Origin: Eledone cirrhosa
Taxonomy: Eukaryota
Assembly: GCA_964016885.1 (NCBI GenBank)
Contig: OZ024749.1
Location: forward strand, 7,130,001 to 7,194,000
Direction: 5' to 3'
DNA: 64,000 nucleotides
The notes beneath the pieces are model-generated. The model was not told the origin of the DNA. It saw only the letters and a list, made by a program, of their open reading frames with translations, and made no database searches. Both the position numbers and the translations under genes were made by a program. Below are positions 20,611-35,600 of this stretch, one piece after another (the stretch's first letter is position 1; each line of letters begins with the position of its first letter).

Positions 20611-23600
20611 TGGTTGTTAAACCTGGATATCTATTGTGAAGCTAAGTAAAAGAGTATTGGTGGTTGTTAAACCTGGATATCTGTTGTGAAGCTAAGTAAA
20701 AGAGTATTGGTGGTTGTTAAACCTGGATATCTATTGTGAAGCTAAGTAAAACAGTATTGGTGGTTGTTAAACCTGGATATCTGTTGTGAAGCTAAGTAAA
20801 ACAGTATTGATGGTAGTTAAACCTGGATATCTATTGTGAAGCTAAAAACAGTATTGGTGGTTGTTAAACCTGGATATCTGTTGTGAAGCTAAGTAAAACA
20901 GTAGTGGTGGTTGTTAAACCTGGATATCTGTTGTGAAGCTAAGTAAAACAGTATTGATGGTAGTTAAACCTGGATATCTATTGTGAAGCTAAAAACAGTA
21001 TTGGTGGTTGTTAAACCTGGATATCTGTTGTGAAGCTAAGTAAAACAGTATTGCTGGTTGTTAAACCTGGATATCTGTTGTGAAGCTAAGTAAAACAGTA
21101 TTGATGGTAGTTAAACCTGGATATCTATTGTGAAGCTAAAAACAGTATTGGTGGTTGTTAAACCTGGATATCTGTTGTGAAGCTAAGTAAAACAGTATTG
21201 CTGGTTGTTAAACCTGGATATCTGTTGTGAAGCTAAGTAAAACAGTATTGCTGGTTGTTAAACCAGGATATCTGTTGTGAAGCTAAGTAAAACAGTATTG
21301 CTGGTTGTTAAACCTGGATATCTATTGTGAAGCTAAGTAAAACAGTATTGGTGGTAGTTAAACCTGGATATCTGTTGTGAAGCTAAGTAAAACAGTATTG
21401 CTGGTTGTTAAACCTGGATATCCGTTGTGAAGCTAAGTAAAACAGTATTGCTGGTAGTTAAACCTGGATATCTGTTGTGAATCTAAGTAAAACAGTATTG
21501 CTGGTAGTTAAACCTGGATATCTGTTGTGAAGCTAAGTAAAACAGTATTGCTGGTAGTTAAACCTGGATATCTGTTGTGAAGCTAAGTAAAACAGTATTG
21601 CTGGTAGTTAAACCTGGATATCTGTTGTGAAGCTAAGTAAAACAGTATTGGTGGTTGTTAAACCTGGATATCTGTTGTGAAGCTAAGTAAAACAGTATTG
21701 GTGGTTGTTAAACATGGATATCTGTTGTGAAGCTAAGTAAAACAGTATTGGTGGTTGTTAAACCTGGATATCTGTTGTGAAGCTAAGTAAAACAGTATTG
21801 GTGGTTGTTAAACCTGGATATCTGTTGTGAAGCTAAGTAAAACAGTATTGGTGGTAGTTAAACCTGGATATCTGTTGTGAAGCTAAGTAAAACAGTATTG
21901 GTGGTAGTTAAACCTGGATATCTGTTGTGAAGCTAAGTAAAACAGTATTGGTGGTAGTTAAACCTGGATATCTGTTGTGAAGCTAAGTAAAACAGTATTG
22001 GTGGTAGTTAAACCTGGATATCTGTTGTGAAGCTAAGTAAAACAGTATTGGTGGTTGTTAAACCTGGATATCTGTTGTGAAGCTAAGTAAAACAGTATTG
22101 GTGGTTGTTAAACCTGGATATATGTTGTGAAGCTAAGTAAAACAGTATTGGTGGTTGTTAAACCTGGATATCTGTTGTGAAGCTAAGTAAAAGAGTATTG
22201 GTGGTTGCTAAACCTGGATATCTATTGTGAAGCTAAGTAAAACAGTATTGGTGGTTGTTAAACCTGGATATCTGTTGTGAAGCTAAGTAAAACAGTATTG
22301 GTGGTAGTTAGACCTGGATATCTATTGTGAAGCTAAGTAAAACAGTATTGGTGGTAGTTAAACCTGGATATCTGTTGTGAAGCTAAGTAAAACAGTATTG
22401 GTGGTTGTTAAACCTGGATATCTATTGTGAAGCTAAGTAAAACAGTATTGATGGTAGTTAAACCTGGATATCTATTGTGAAGCTAAAAACAGTATTGGTG
22501 GTTGTTAAACCTGGATATCTGTTGTGAAGCTAAGTAAAACAGTATTGCTGGTTGTTAAACCTGGATATCTGTTGTGAAGCTAAGTAAAACAGTATTGCTG
22601 GTTGTTAAACCTGGATATCTGTTGTGAAGCTAAGTAAAACAGTATTGCTGGTTGTTAAACCTGGATATCTATTGTGAAGCTAAGTAAAACAGTATTGGTG
22701 GTAGTTAAACCTGGATATCTGTTGTGAAGCTAAGTAAAACAGTATTGCTGGTTGTTAAACCTGGATATCTGTTGTGAAGCTAAGTAAAACAGTATTGCTG
22801 GTAGTTAAACCTGGATATCTGTTGTGAATCTAAGTAAAACAGTATTGCTGGTAGTTAAACCTGGATATCTGTTGTGAAGCTAAGTAAAACAGTATTAGTA
22901 TTGCCGGTAGTTAAACCTGGATATCTGTTGTGAAGCTAAGTAAAACAGTATTGGTGGTTGTTAAACCTGGATATCTGTTGTGAAGCTAAGTAAAACAGTA
23001 TTGGTGGTTGTTAAACATGGATATCTGTTGTGAAGCTAAGTAAAACAGTATTGGTGGTTGTTAAACCTGGATATCTGTTGTGAAGCTAAGTAAAACAGTA
23101 TTGGTGGTTGTTAAACCTGGATATCTGTTGTGAAGCTAAGTAAAACAGTATTGATGGTAGTTAAACCTGGATATCTGTTGTGAAGCTAAGTAAAACAGTA
23201 TTGGTGGTTGTTAAACCTGGATATCTGTTGTGAAGCTAAGTAAAACAGTATTGGTGGTAGTTAAACCTGGATATCTGTTGTGAAGCTAAGTAAAACAGTA
23301 TTGGTGGTAGTTAAACCTGGATATCTGTTGTGAAGCTAAGTAAAACAGTATTGGTGGTAGTTAAACCTGGATATCTGTTGTGAAGCTAAGTAAAACAGTA
23401 TTGGTGGTAGTTAAACCTGGATATCTGTTGTGAAGCTAAGTAAAACAGTATTGGTGGTTGTTAAACCTGGATATCTGTTGTGAAGCTAAGTAAAACAGTA
23501 TTGGTGGTTGTTAAACCTGGATATCTGTTGTGAAGCTAAGTAAAACAGTATTGGTGGTTGTTAAACCTGGATATCTGTTGTGAAGCTAAGTAAAACAGTA

Positions 23601-26600
23601 TTGGTGGTTGTTAAACCTGGATATCTATTGTGAAGCTAAGTAAAACAGTATTGGTGGTTGTTAAACCTGGATATCTGTTGTGAAGCTAAGTAAAACAGTA
23701 TTGGTGGTTGTTAAACCTGGATATCTGTTGTGAAGCTAAGTAAAACAGTATTGATGGTAGTTAAACCTGGATATCTGTTGTGAAGCTAAAAACAGTATTG
23801 GTGGTTGTTAAACCTGGATATCTGTTGTGAAGCTAAGTAAAAGAGTATTGGTGGTAGTTAAACCTGGATATCTGTTGTGAAGCTAAAAACAGTATTGATG
23901 GTTGTTAAACCTGGATATCTGTTGTGAAGCTAAGAAAAACAGTATTGGTGGTAGTTAAACCTGGATATCTGTTGTCAAGCTAAGTAAAACAGTATTGGTG
24001 GTTGTTAAACCTGGATATCTGTTGTGAAGCTAAGTAAAACAGTATTGGTGGTTGTTAAACCTGGATATCTGTTGTGAAGCTAAGTAAAACAGTATTGCTG
24101 GTTGTTAAAACTGGATATCTGTTGTGAAGCTAAGTAAAACAGTATTGCTGGTTGTTAAACCTGGATATCTATTGTGAAGCTAAGTAAAACAGTATTGGTG
24201 GTAGTTAAACCTGGATATCTGTTGTGAAGCTAAGTAAAACAGTATTGCTGGTTGTTAAACCTGGATATCTGTTGTGAAGCTAAGTAAAACAGTATTGCTG
24301 GTAGTTAAACCTGGATATCTGTTGTGAATCTAAGTAAAACAGTATTGCTGGTAGTTAAACCTGGATATCTGTTGTGAAGCTAAGTAAAACAGTATTGCTG
24401 GTAGTTAAACCTGGATATCTGTTGTGAAGCTAAGTAAAACAGTATTGCTGGTAGTTAAACCTGGATATCTGTTGTGAAGCTAAGTAAAACAGTATTGGTG
24501 GTTGTTAAACCTGGATATCTGTTGTGAAGCTAAGTAAAACAGTATTGGTGGTTGTTAAACATGGATATCTGTTGTGAAGCTAAGTAAAACAGTATTGGTG
24601 GTTGTTAAACCTGGATATCTGTTGTGAAGCTAAGTAAAACAGTATTGGTGGTTGTTAAACCTGGATATCTGTTGTGAAGCTAAGTAAAACAGTATTGATG
24701 GTAGTTAAACCTGGATATCTGTTGTGAAGCTAAGTAAAACAGTATTGGTGGTTGTTAAACCTGGATATCTGTTGTGAAGCTAAGTAAAACAGTATTGGTG
24801 GTAGTTAAACCTGGATATCTGTTGTGAAGCTAAGTAAAACAGTATTGGTGGTAGTTAAACCTGGATATCTGTTGTGAAGCTAAGTAAAACAGTATTGGTG
24901 GTAGTTAAACCTGGATATCTGTTGTGAAGCTAAGTAAAACAGTATTGGTGGTAGTTAAACCTGGATATCTGTTGTGAAGCTAAGTAAAACAGTATTGGTG
25001 GTTGTTAAACCTGGATATCTGTTGTGAAGCTAAGTAAAACAGTATTGGTGGTTGTTAAACCTGGATATCTGTTGTGAAGCTAAGTAAAACAGTATTGGTG
25101 GTTGTTAAACCTGGATATCTGTTGTGAAGCTAAGTAAAAGAGTATTGGTGGTTGTTAAACCTGGATATCTATTGTGAAGCTAAGTAAAACAGTATTGGTG
25201 GTTGTTAAACCTGGATATCTGTTGTGAAGCTAAGTAAAACAGTATTGCTGGTAGTTAGACCTGGATATCTATTGTGAAGCTAAGTAAAACAGTATTGGTG
25301 GTAGTTAAACCTGGATATCTGTTGTGAAGCTAAGTAAAACAGTATTGGTGGTTGTTAAACCTGGATATCTGTTGTGAAGCTAAGTAAAACAGTATTGATG
25401 GTAGTTAAACCTGGATATCTATTGTGAAGCTAAAAACAGTATTGGTGGTTGTTAAACCTGGATATCTGTTGTGAAGCTAAGTAAAACAGTATTGCTGGTT
25501 GTTAAACCTGGATATCTGTTGTGAAGCTAAGTAAAACAGTATTGCTGGTTGTTAAACCTGGATATCTGTTGTGAAGCTAAGTAAAACAGTATTGCTGGTT
25601 GTTAAACCTGGATATCTATTGTGAAGCTAAGTAAAACAGTATTGGTGGTAGTTAAACCTGGATATCTGTTGTGAAGCTAAGTAAAACAGTATTGCTGATT
25701 GTTAAACCTGGATATCTGTTGTGAAGCTAAGTAAAACAGTATTGCTGGTAGTTAAACCTGGATATCTGTTGTGAATCTAAGTAAAACAGTATTGCTGGTA
25801 GTTAAACCTGGATATCTGTTGTGAAGCTAAGTAAAACAGTATTGCTGGTAGTTAAACCTGGATATCTGTTATGAAGCTAAGTAAAACAGTATTGCTGGTA
25901 GTTAAACCTGGATATCTGTTGTGAAGCTAAGTAAAACAGTATTGGTGGTTGTTAAACCTGGATATCTGTTGTGAAGCTAAGTAAAACAGTATTGATGGTA
26001 GTTAAACCTGGATATCTGTTGTGAAGCTAAGTAAAACAGTATTGGTGGTTGTTAAACCTGGATATCTGTTGTGAAGCTAAGTAAAACAGTATTGGTGGTA
26101 GTTAAACCTGGATATCTGTTGTGAAGCTAAGTAAAACAGTATTGGTGGTAGTTAAACCTGGATATCTGTTGTGAAGCTAAGTAAAACAGTATTGGTGGTA
26201 GTTAAACCTGGATATCTGTTGTGAAGCTAAGTAAAACAGTATTGGTGGTAGTTAAACCTGGATATCTGTTGTGAAGCTAAGTAAAACAGTATTGGTGGTT
26301 GTTAAACCTGGATATCTGTTGTGAAGCTAAGTAAAACAGTATTGGTGGTTGTTAAACCTGGATATCTGTTGTGAAGCTAAGTAAAAGAGTATTGGTGGTT
26401 GTTAAACCTGGATATCTGTAGTGAAGCTAAGTAAAACAGTATTGGTGGTTGTTAAACCTGGATATCTATTGTGAAGCTAAGTAAAACAGTATTGGTGGTT
26501 GTTAAACCTGGATATCTGTTGTGAAGCTAAGTAAAACAGTATTGGTGGTTGTTAAACCTGGATATCTGTTGTGAAGCTAAGTAAAACAGTATTGATGGTA

Positions 26601-29600
26601 GTTAAACCTGGATATCTGTTGTGAAGCTAAAAACAGTATTGGTGGTTGTTAAACCTGGATATCTGTTGTGAAGCTAAGTAAAAGAGTATTGGTGGTAGTT
26701 AAACCTGGATATCTGTTGTGAAGCTAAAAACAGTATTGATGGTTGTTAAACCTGGATATCTGTTGTGAAGCTAAGAAAAACAGTATTGGTGGTAGTTAAA
26801 CCTGGATATCTGTTGTCAAGCTAAGTAAAACAGTATTGGTGGTTGTTAAACCTGGATATCTGTTGTGAAGCTAAGTAAAACAGTATTGGTGGTTGTTAAA
26901 CCTGGATATCTATTGTGAAGCTAAGTAAAACAGTATTGGTGGTTGTTAAACCTGGATATCTGTTGTGAAGCTAAAAACAGTATTGATGGTAGTTAAACCT
27001 GGATATCTGTTGTGAAGCTAAAAACAGTATTGGTGGTTGTTAAACCTGGATATCTGTTGTGAAGCTAAGTAAAAGAGTATTGGTGGTAGTTAAACCTGGA
27101 TATCTGTTGTGAAGCTAAAAACAGTATTGATGGTTGTTAAACCTGGATATCTGTTGTGAAACTAAGTAAAACAGTATTGGTGGTAGTTAAACCTGGATAT
27201 CTGTTGTGAAGCTAAGTAAAACAGTATTGGTGGTTGTTAAACCTGGATATCTATTGTGAAGCTAAGTAAAACAGTATTGGTGGTTGTTAAACCTGGATAT
27301 CTGTTGTGAAGCTAAAAACAGTATTGATGGTAGTTAAACCTGGATATCTGTTGTGAAGCTAAGTAAAACAGTATTGCTGGTAGTTAAACCTGGATATCTG
27401 TTGTGAAGCTAAGTCAAACAGTATTGGTGGTTGTTAAACCTGGATATCTGTTGTGAAGCTAAGTCAAACAGTATTGGTGGTTGTTAAACCTGGATATCTG
27501 TTGTGAAGCTAAAAACAGTATTGGTGGTTGTTAAACCTGGTTATCTGTTGTGAAGCTAAGTAAAACAGTATTGCTGGTAGTTAAACCTGGATATCTGTTG
27601 TGAAGCTAAGTAAAACAGTATTGGTGGTAGTTAAACCTGGATATCTGTTGTGAAGCTATGTAAAACAGTATTGGTGGTAGTTAAACCTGGATATCTGTTG
27701 TGAAGCTAAGTAAAACAGTATTGGTGGTTGTTAAACCTGGATATCTGTTGTGAAGCTAAGTAAAACAGTATTGGTGGTAGTTAAACCTGGATATCTGTTG
27801 TGAAGCTAAGTCAAACAGTATTGCTGGTAGTTAGACCTGGATATCTGTTGTGAAGCTAAGTAAAACCGTATTGCTGGTTGTTAAACCTGGATATCTGTTG
27901 TGAAGCTAAGTAAAACAGTATTGGTGTAGTTAAACTTGGATATCTGTTGTGAAGCTAAGTAAAAGAGTATTGGTGGTTGTTAAACCTGGATATCTGTTGT
28001 GAAGCTAAGTAACACAGTATTGCTGGTAGTTAAACCTGGATATCTGTTGTGAAGCTAAGTAAAAGAGTATTGCTGGTAGTTAAACCAGGATATCTGTTGT
28101 GAAGCTAAAAACAGTATTGGTGGTAGTTAAACCTGGATATCTGTTGTGAAGCTAAAAACAGTATTGGTGGTAGTTAAACCTGGATATCTGTTGTGAAGCT
28201 AAGTAAAACAGTATTGGTGGTAGTTAAACCTGGATATCTGTTGTGAAGCTAAGTAAAACAGTATTGCTGGTAGTTAAACCAGGATATCTGTTGTGAAGCT
28301 AAAAACAGTATTGGTGGTAGTTAAACCTGGATATCTGTTGTGAAGCTAAAAACAGTATTGGTGGTAGTTAAACCTGGATATCTGTTGTGAAGCTAAGTAA
28401 AACAGTATTGGTGGTAGTTAAACCTGGATATCTGTTGTGAAGCTAAGTAAAACAGTATTGCTGGTAGTTAAACCTGGATATCTGTTGTGAAGCTAAGTCA
28501 AACAGTATTGATGGTAGTTAAACCAGGATATCTGTTGTGAAGCTAAGTAAAACAGTATTGGTGGTAGTTAAACCTGGATATCAGTTGTGAAGCTAAGTAA
28601 AACAGTATTGGGGGTTGTTAAACCTGGATATCTGCTGTGAAGCTAAGTAAAAGAGTATTGCTGGTAGTTAAACCTGGATATCTGTTGTGAAGCTAAGTAA
28701 AACAGTATTGATGGTAGTTAAACCTGGATATCTGTTGTGAAGCTAAGTAAAAGAGTATTGCTGGTAGTTAAACCTGGATATCTGTTGTGAAGCTAAGTAA
28801 AACAGTATTGATGGTAGTTAAACCTGGATATCTGTTGTGAAGTAAAACAGTATTGGTGGTAGTTAAACCTGGATATCAGTTGTGAAGCTAAGTAAAACAG
28901 TATTGATGGTTGTTAAACCTGGATATCTGTTGTGAAGCTAAGTAAAACAGTATTGATGGTAGTTAAACCTGGATATCTGTTGTGAAGCTAAGAAAAACAG
29001 TATTGATGGTAGTTAAACCTGGATATCTGTTGTGAAGCTAAGTAAAACAGTATTGGTGGTAGTTAAACCTGGATATCAGTTGTGAAGCTAAGTAAAACAG
29101 TATTGATGGTTGTTAAACCTGGATATCTGTTGTGAAGCTAAGTAAAACAGTATTGATGGTTGTTAAACCTGGATATCTGTTGTGAAGCTAAAAACAGTAT
29201 TGGTGGTAGTTAAACCTGGATATCTGTTGTGAAGCTAAGTAAAACAGTATTGGTGGTAGTTAAACCTGGATATCTGTTGTGAAGCTAAGTAAAACAGTAT
29301 TGCTGGCAGTTAAACCAGGATATCTGTTGTGAAGCTAAGTAACACAGTATTGGTGGTAGTTAAACCTGGATATCTGTTGTGAAGCTAAGTAAAACAGTAT
29401 TGCTGGTAGTTAAACCTGGATATCTGTTGTGAAGCTAAGTAAAACAGTATTGCTGGCAGTTAAACCAGGATATCTGTTGTGAAGCTAAGTAAAACAGTAT
29501 TGGTGGTTGTTAAACCTGGATATCTGTTGTGGAGCTAAAAACAGTATTGGTGGTAGTTAAACCTGGATATCTGTTGTGAAGCTAATTAAAACAGTATTGG

Positions 29601-32600
29601 TGGTAGTTAAACCTGGATATCTGTTGTGAAGCTAAGTAAAACAGTATTGCTGGCAGTTAAACCAGGATATCTGTTGTGAAGCTAAGTAAAACAGTATTGG
29701 TGGTAGTTAAACCTGGATATCTGTTGTGAAGCTAAGTAAAACAGTATTGCTGGTAGTTAAACCTGGATATCTGTTGTGAAGCTAAGTAAAACAGTATTGC
29801 TGGCAGTTAAACCAGGATATCTGTTGTGAAGCTAAGTAAAACAGTATTGGTGGTTGTTAAACCTGGATATCTGTTGTGGAGCTAAAAACAGTATTGGTGG
29901 TAGTTAAATCTGGATATCTGTTGTGAAGCTAAGAAAAACAGTATTGGTGGTTGTTAAACCTGGATATCTGTTGTGAAGCTAAGTAAAACAGTATTGGTGG
30001 TTGTTAAACCTGGATATCTGTTGTGAAGCTAAGTAAAAGAGTATTGGTGGTAGTTAAACCTGGATATCTGTTGTGAAGCTAAGTAAAAGAGTATTGGTGG
30101 TAGTTAAACCTGGATATCTGTTGTGAAGCTAAGTAAAACAGTATAGGTGGTAGTTAAACCTGGATATCTGTTGTGAAGCTAAGTAAAACAATATTGGTGG
30201 TAGTTAAACCTGGATATCTGTTGTGAAGCTAAGTAAAACAGTATTGATGGTAGTTAAACCTGGATATCTGTTGTGAAGCTAAGTAAAACAGTATTGCTGG
30301 TAGTTAAACCTGGATATCTGATGTGAAGCTAAGTAAAACAGTATTGGTGGTAGTTAAACCTGGATATCTGTTGTGAAGCTAAGTAAAACAGTATTGGTGG
30401 TTGTTAAACCTGGATATCTGTTGTGAAGCTAAGTAAAAGAGTATTGGTGGTAGTTAAACCTGGATATCTGTTGTGAAGCTAAGTAAAACAGTATTGGTGG
30501 TAGTTAAACCTGGATATCTGTTGTGAAGCTAAGTAAAACAGTATTGGTGGTTGTTAAACCTGGATATCTGTTGTGAAGCTAAGTAAAAGAGTATTGGTGG
30601 TAGTTAAACCTGGATATCTGTTGTGAAGCTAAGTAAAACAGTATTGCTGGTAGTTAAACCTGGATATCTGTTGTGAAGCTAAGTAAAAGAGTATTGGTGG
30701 TTGTTAAACCTGGATATCTGTTGTGAAGCTAAGTAAAACAGTATTGGTGGTTGTTAAACCTGGATATCAGTTGTGAAGCTAAGTAAGACAGTATTGGTGG
30801 TAGTTAAACCTGGATATCTGTTGTGAAGCTAAGTAAAACAGTATTGATGGCAGTTAAACCTGGATATCTGTTGTGAAGCTAAGTAAAACAGTATTGGTGG
30901 TTGTTAAACCTGGATATCTGTTGTGAAGCTAAGTAAAACAGTATTGGTGGTTGTTAAACCTGGATATCTATTGTGGAGCTAAAAACAGTATTGGTGGTTG
31001 TTAAACCTGGATATCTGTTGTGAAGCCAAGTAAAACAGTATTGGTGGTTGTTAAACCTGGATATCTGTTGTGAAGCTAAATTGTAAAACAGTATTGATGG
31101 TAGTTAAACCTGGATATCTGTTGTGAAGCTAAGTAAAACAGTATTGGTGGTTGTTAAACCTGGATATCTGTTGTGAAGCTAAGTAAAACAGTATTGGTGG
31201 TAGTTAAACCTGGATATCTGTTGTGAAGCTAAGTAAAACAGTATTGGTGGTAGTTAAACCTGGATATCTGTTGTGAAGCTAAGTAAAACAGTATTGCTGG
31301 CAGTTAAACCAGGATATCTGTTGTGAAGCTATGTAAAACAGTATTGGTGGTTGTTAAACCTGGATATCTTGTGGAGCTAAAAACAGTATTGGTGGTAGTT
31401 AAATCTGGATATCTGTTGTGAAGCTAAGAAAAACAGTATTGGTGGTTGTTAAACCTGGATATCTGTTGTGAAGCTAAGTAAAACAGTATTGGTGGTTGTT
31501 AAACCTGGATATCTGTTGTGAAGCTAAGTAAAACAGTATTGGTGGTAGTTAAACCTGGATATCTGTTGTGAAGCTAAGTAAAAGAGTATTGGTGGTAGTT
31601 AAACCTGGATATCTGTTGTGAAGCTAAGTAAAACAGTATAGGTGGTAGTTAAACCTGGATATCTGTTGTGAAGCTAAGTAAAACAATATTGGTGGTAGTT
31701 AAACCTGGATATCTGTTGTGAAGCTAAGTAAAACAGTATTGATGGTAGTTAAACCTGGATATCTGTTGTGAAGCTAAGTAAAACAGTATTGCTGGTAGTT
31801 AAACCTGGATATCTGATGTGAAGCTAAGTAAAACAGTATTGGTGGTAGTTAAACCTGGATATCTGTTGTGAAGCTAAGTAAAACAGTATTGGTGGTTGTT
31901 AAACCTGGATATCTGTTGTGAAGCTAAGTAAAAGAGTATTGGTGGTAGTTAAACCTGGATATCTGTTGTGAAGCTAAGTAAAACAGTATTGGTGGTAGTT
32001 AAACCTGGATATCTGTTGTGAAGCTAAGTAAAACAGTATTGGTGGTTGTTAAACCTGGATATCTGTTGTGAAGCTAAGTAAAAGAGTATTGGTGGTAGTT
32101 AAACCTGGATATCTGTTGTGAAGCTAAGTAAAACAGTATTGCTGGTAGTTAAACCTGGATATCTGTTGTGAAGCTAAGTAAAAGAGTATTGGTGGTTGTT
32201 AAACCTGGATATCTGTTGTGAAGCTAAGTAAAACAGTATTGGTGGTTGTTAAACCTGGATATCAGTTGTGAAGCTAAGTAAAACAGTATTGGTGGTAGTT
32301 AAACCTGGATATCTGTTGTGAAGCTAAGTAAAACAGTATTGATGGCAGTTAAACCTGGATATCTGTTGTGAAGCTAAGTAAAACAGTATTGGTGGTTGTA
32401 AAACCTGGATATCTGTTGTGAAGCTAAGTAAAACAGTATTGGTGGTTGTTAAACCTGGATATCTATTGTGGAGCTAAAAACAGTATTGGTGGTTGTTAAA
32501 CCTGGATATCTGTTGTGAAGCCAAGTAAAACAGTATTGGTGGTTGTTAAACCTGGATATCTGTTGTGAAGCTAAATTGTAAAACAGTATTGATGGTAGTT

Positions 32601-35600
32601 AAACCTGGATATCTGTTGTGAAGCTAAGTAAAACAGTATTGGTGGTTGTTAAACCTGGATATCTGTTGTGAAGCTAAGTAAAACAGTATTGGTGGTAGTT
32701 AAACCTGGATATCTGTTGTGAAGCTAAGTAAAAGAGTATTGGTGGTAGTTAAACCTGGATATCTGTTGTGAAGCTAAGTAAAACAGTATTGCTGGTAGTT
32801 AAACCTGGATATCTGTTGTGAAGCTAAGTAAAACAGTATTGGTGGTTGTTAAACCTGGATATCTGTTGTGAAGCTAAGTAAAACAGTATTGGTGGTAGTT
32901 AAACCTGGATATCTGTTGTGAAGCTAAGTAAAACAGTATTGCTGGTAGTTAAACCTGGATATCTGTTGTGAAGCTAAGTAAAACAGTATTGGTGGTTGTT
33001 AAACCTGGATATCTGTTGTGAAGCTAAGTAAAACAGTATTGGTGGTAGTTAAACCTGGATATCTGTTGTGAAGCTAAGTAAAACAGTATTGCTGGTAGTT
33101 AAACCTGGATATCTGTTGTGAAGCTAAGTAAAACAGTATTGGTGGTTGTTAAACCTGGATATCTGTTGTGAAGCTAAGTAAAACAGTATTGCTGGTAGTT
33201 AAACCTGGATATCTGTTGTGAAGCTAAGTAAAACAGTATTGGTGGTTGTTAAACCTGGATATATGTTGTGAAGCTAAGTAAAACAGTATTGGTGGTTGTT
33301 AAACCTGGATATCTGTTGTGAAGCTAAGTAAAACAGTATTGGTGGTAGTTAAACCTGGATATCTGTTGTGAAGCTAAGTAAAACAGTATTGGTGGTAGTT
33401 AAACCTGGATATCTATTGTGGAGCTAAAAACAGTATTGGTGGTTGTTAAACCTGGCTATCTGTTGTGGAGCTAAGTAAAACAGTATTGGTGGTTGTTAAA
33501 CCTGGATATCTGTTGTGAAGCTAAGTAAAACAGTATTGGTGGTAGTTAAACCTGGATATCTGTTGTGAAGCTAAGTAAAACAGTATTGGTGGTTGTTAAA
33601 CCTGGATATCTGTTGTGAAGCTAAGTAAAACAGTATTGGTGGTAGTTAAACCTGGATATCTGTTGTGAAGCTAAGTAAAACAGTATTGGTGGTAGTTAAA
33701 CCTGGATATCTATTGTGGAGCTAAAAACAGTATTGGTGGTTGTTAAACCTGGATATCTGTTGTGGAGCTAAGTAAAACAGTATTGGTGGTAGTTAAACCT
33801 GGATATCTGTTGTGAAGCTAAGTAAAACAGTATTGATGGTTGTTAAACCTGGATATCTGTTGTGAAGCTAAGTAAAACAGTATTGATGGTTGTTAAACCT
33901 GGATATCTGTTGTGAAGCTAAGTAAAACAGTATTGGTGGTAGTTAAACCTGAATATCTGTTGTGAAGCTAAGTAAAACAGTATTGATGGTTGTTAAACCT
34001 GGATATCTGTTGTGAAGCTAAGTAAAACAGTATTGGTGGTTGTTAAACCTGGATATCTGTTGTGGAGCTAAGTAAAACAGTATTGGTGGTAGTTAAACCT
34101 GGATATCTGTTGTGAAGCTAAGTAAAACAGTATTGATGGTTGTTAAACCTGGATATCTGTTGTGAAGCTAAGTAAAACAGTATTGGTGGTAGTTAAACCT
34201 GGATATCTATTGTGGAGCTAAAAACAGTATTGGTGGTTGTTAAACCTGGATATCTGTTGTGAAGCTAAGTAAAACAGTATTGGTGGTAGTTAAACCTGGA
34301 TATCTGTTGTGAAGCTAAGTAAAAGAGTATTGGTGGTAGTTAAACCTGGATATCTGTTGTGAAGCTAAGTAAAACAGTATAGGTGGTAGTTAAACCTGGA
34401 TATCTGTTGTGAAGCTAAGTAAAACAATATTGGTGGTAGTTAAACCTGGATATCTGTTGTGAAGCTAAGTAAAACAGTATTGATGGTAGTTAAACCTGGA
34501 TATCTGTTGTGAAGCTAAGTAAAACAGTATTGGTGGTAGTTAAACCTGGATATCTGATGTGAAGCTAAGTAAAACAGTATTGGTGGTAGTTAAACCTGGA
34601 TATCTGTTGTGAAGCTAAGTAAAACAGTATTGGTGGTTGTTAAACCTGGATATCTGTTGTGAAGCTAAGTAAAAGAGTATTGGTGGTAGTTAAACCTGGA
34701 TATCTGTTGTGAAGCTAAGTAAAACAGTATTGGTGGTAGTTAAACCTGGATATCTGTTGTGAAGCTAAGTAAAAGAGTATTGGTGGTAGTTAAACCTGGA
34801 TATCTGTTGTGAAGCTAAGTAAAACAGTATTGCTGGTAGTTAAACCTGGATATCTGTTGTGAAGCTAAGTAAAACAGTATTGCTGGTAGTTAAACCTGGA
34901 TATCTGTTGTGAAGCTAAGTAAAAGAGTATTGGTGGTTGTTAAACCTGGATATCTGTTGTGAAGCTAAGTAAAACACTATTGGTGGTTGTTAAACCTGGA
35001 TATCAGTTGTGAAGCTAAGTAAGACAGTATTGGTGGTAGTTAAACCTGGATATCTGTTGTGAAGCTAAGTAAAACAGTATTGATGGCAGTTAAACCTGGA
35101 TATCTGTTGTGAAGCTAAGTAAAACAGTATTGGTGGTTGTTAAACCTGGATATCTGTTGTGAAGCTAAGTAAAACAGTATTGGTGGTTGTTAAACCTGGA
35201 TATCTATTGTGGAGCTAAAAACAGTATTGGTGGTTGTTAAACCTGGATATCTGTTGTGAAGCCAAGTAAAACAGTATTGGTGGTTGTTAAACCTGGATAT
35301 CTGTTGTGAAGCTAAATTGTAAAACAGTATTGATGGTAGTTAAACCTGGATATCTGTTGTGAAGCTAAGTAAAACAGTATTGGTGGTTGTTAAACCTGGA
35401 TATCTGTTGTGAAGCTAAGTAAAACAGTATTGGTGGTAGTTAAACCTGGATATCTGTTGTGAAGCTAAGTAAAACAGTATTGGTGGTAGTTAAACCTGGA
35501 TATCTGTTGTGAAGCTAAGTAAAAGAGTATTGGTGGTAGTTAAACCTGGATATCTGTTGTGAAGCTAAGTAAAACAGTATTGCTGGTAGTTAAACCTGGA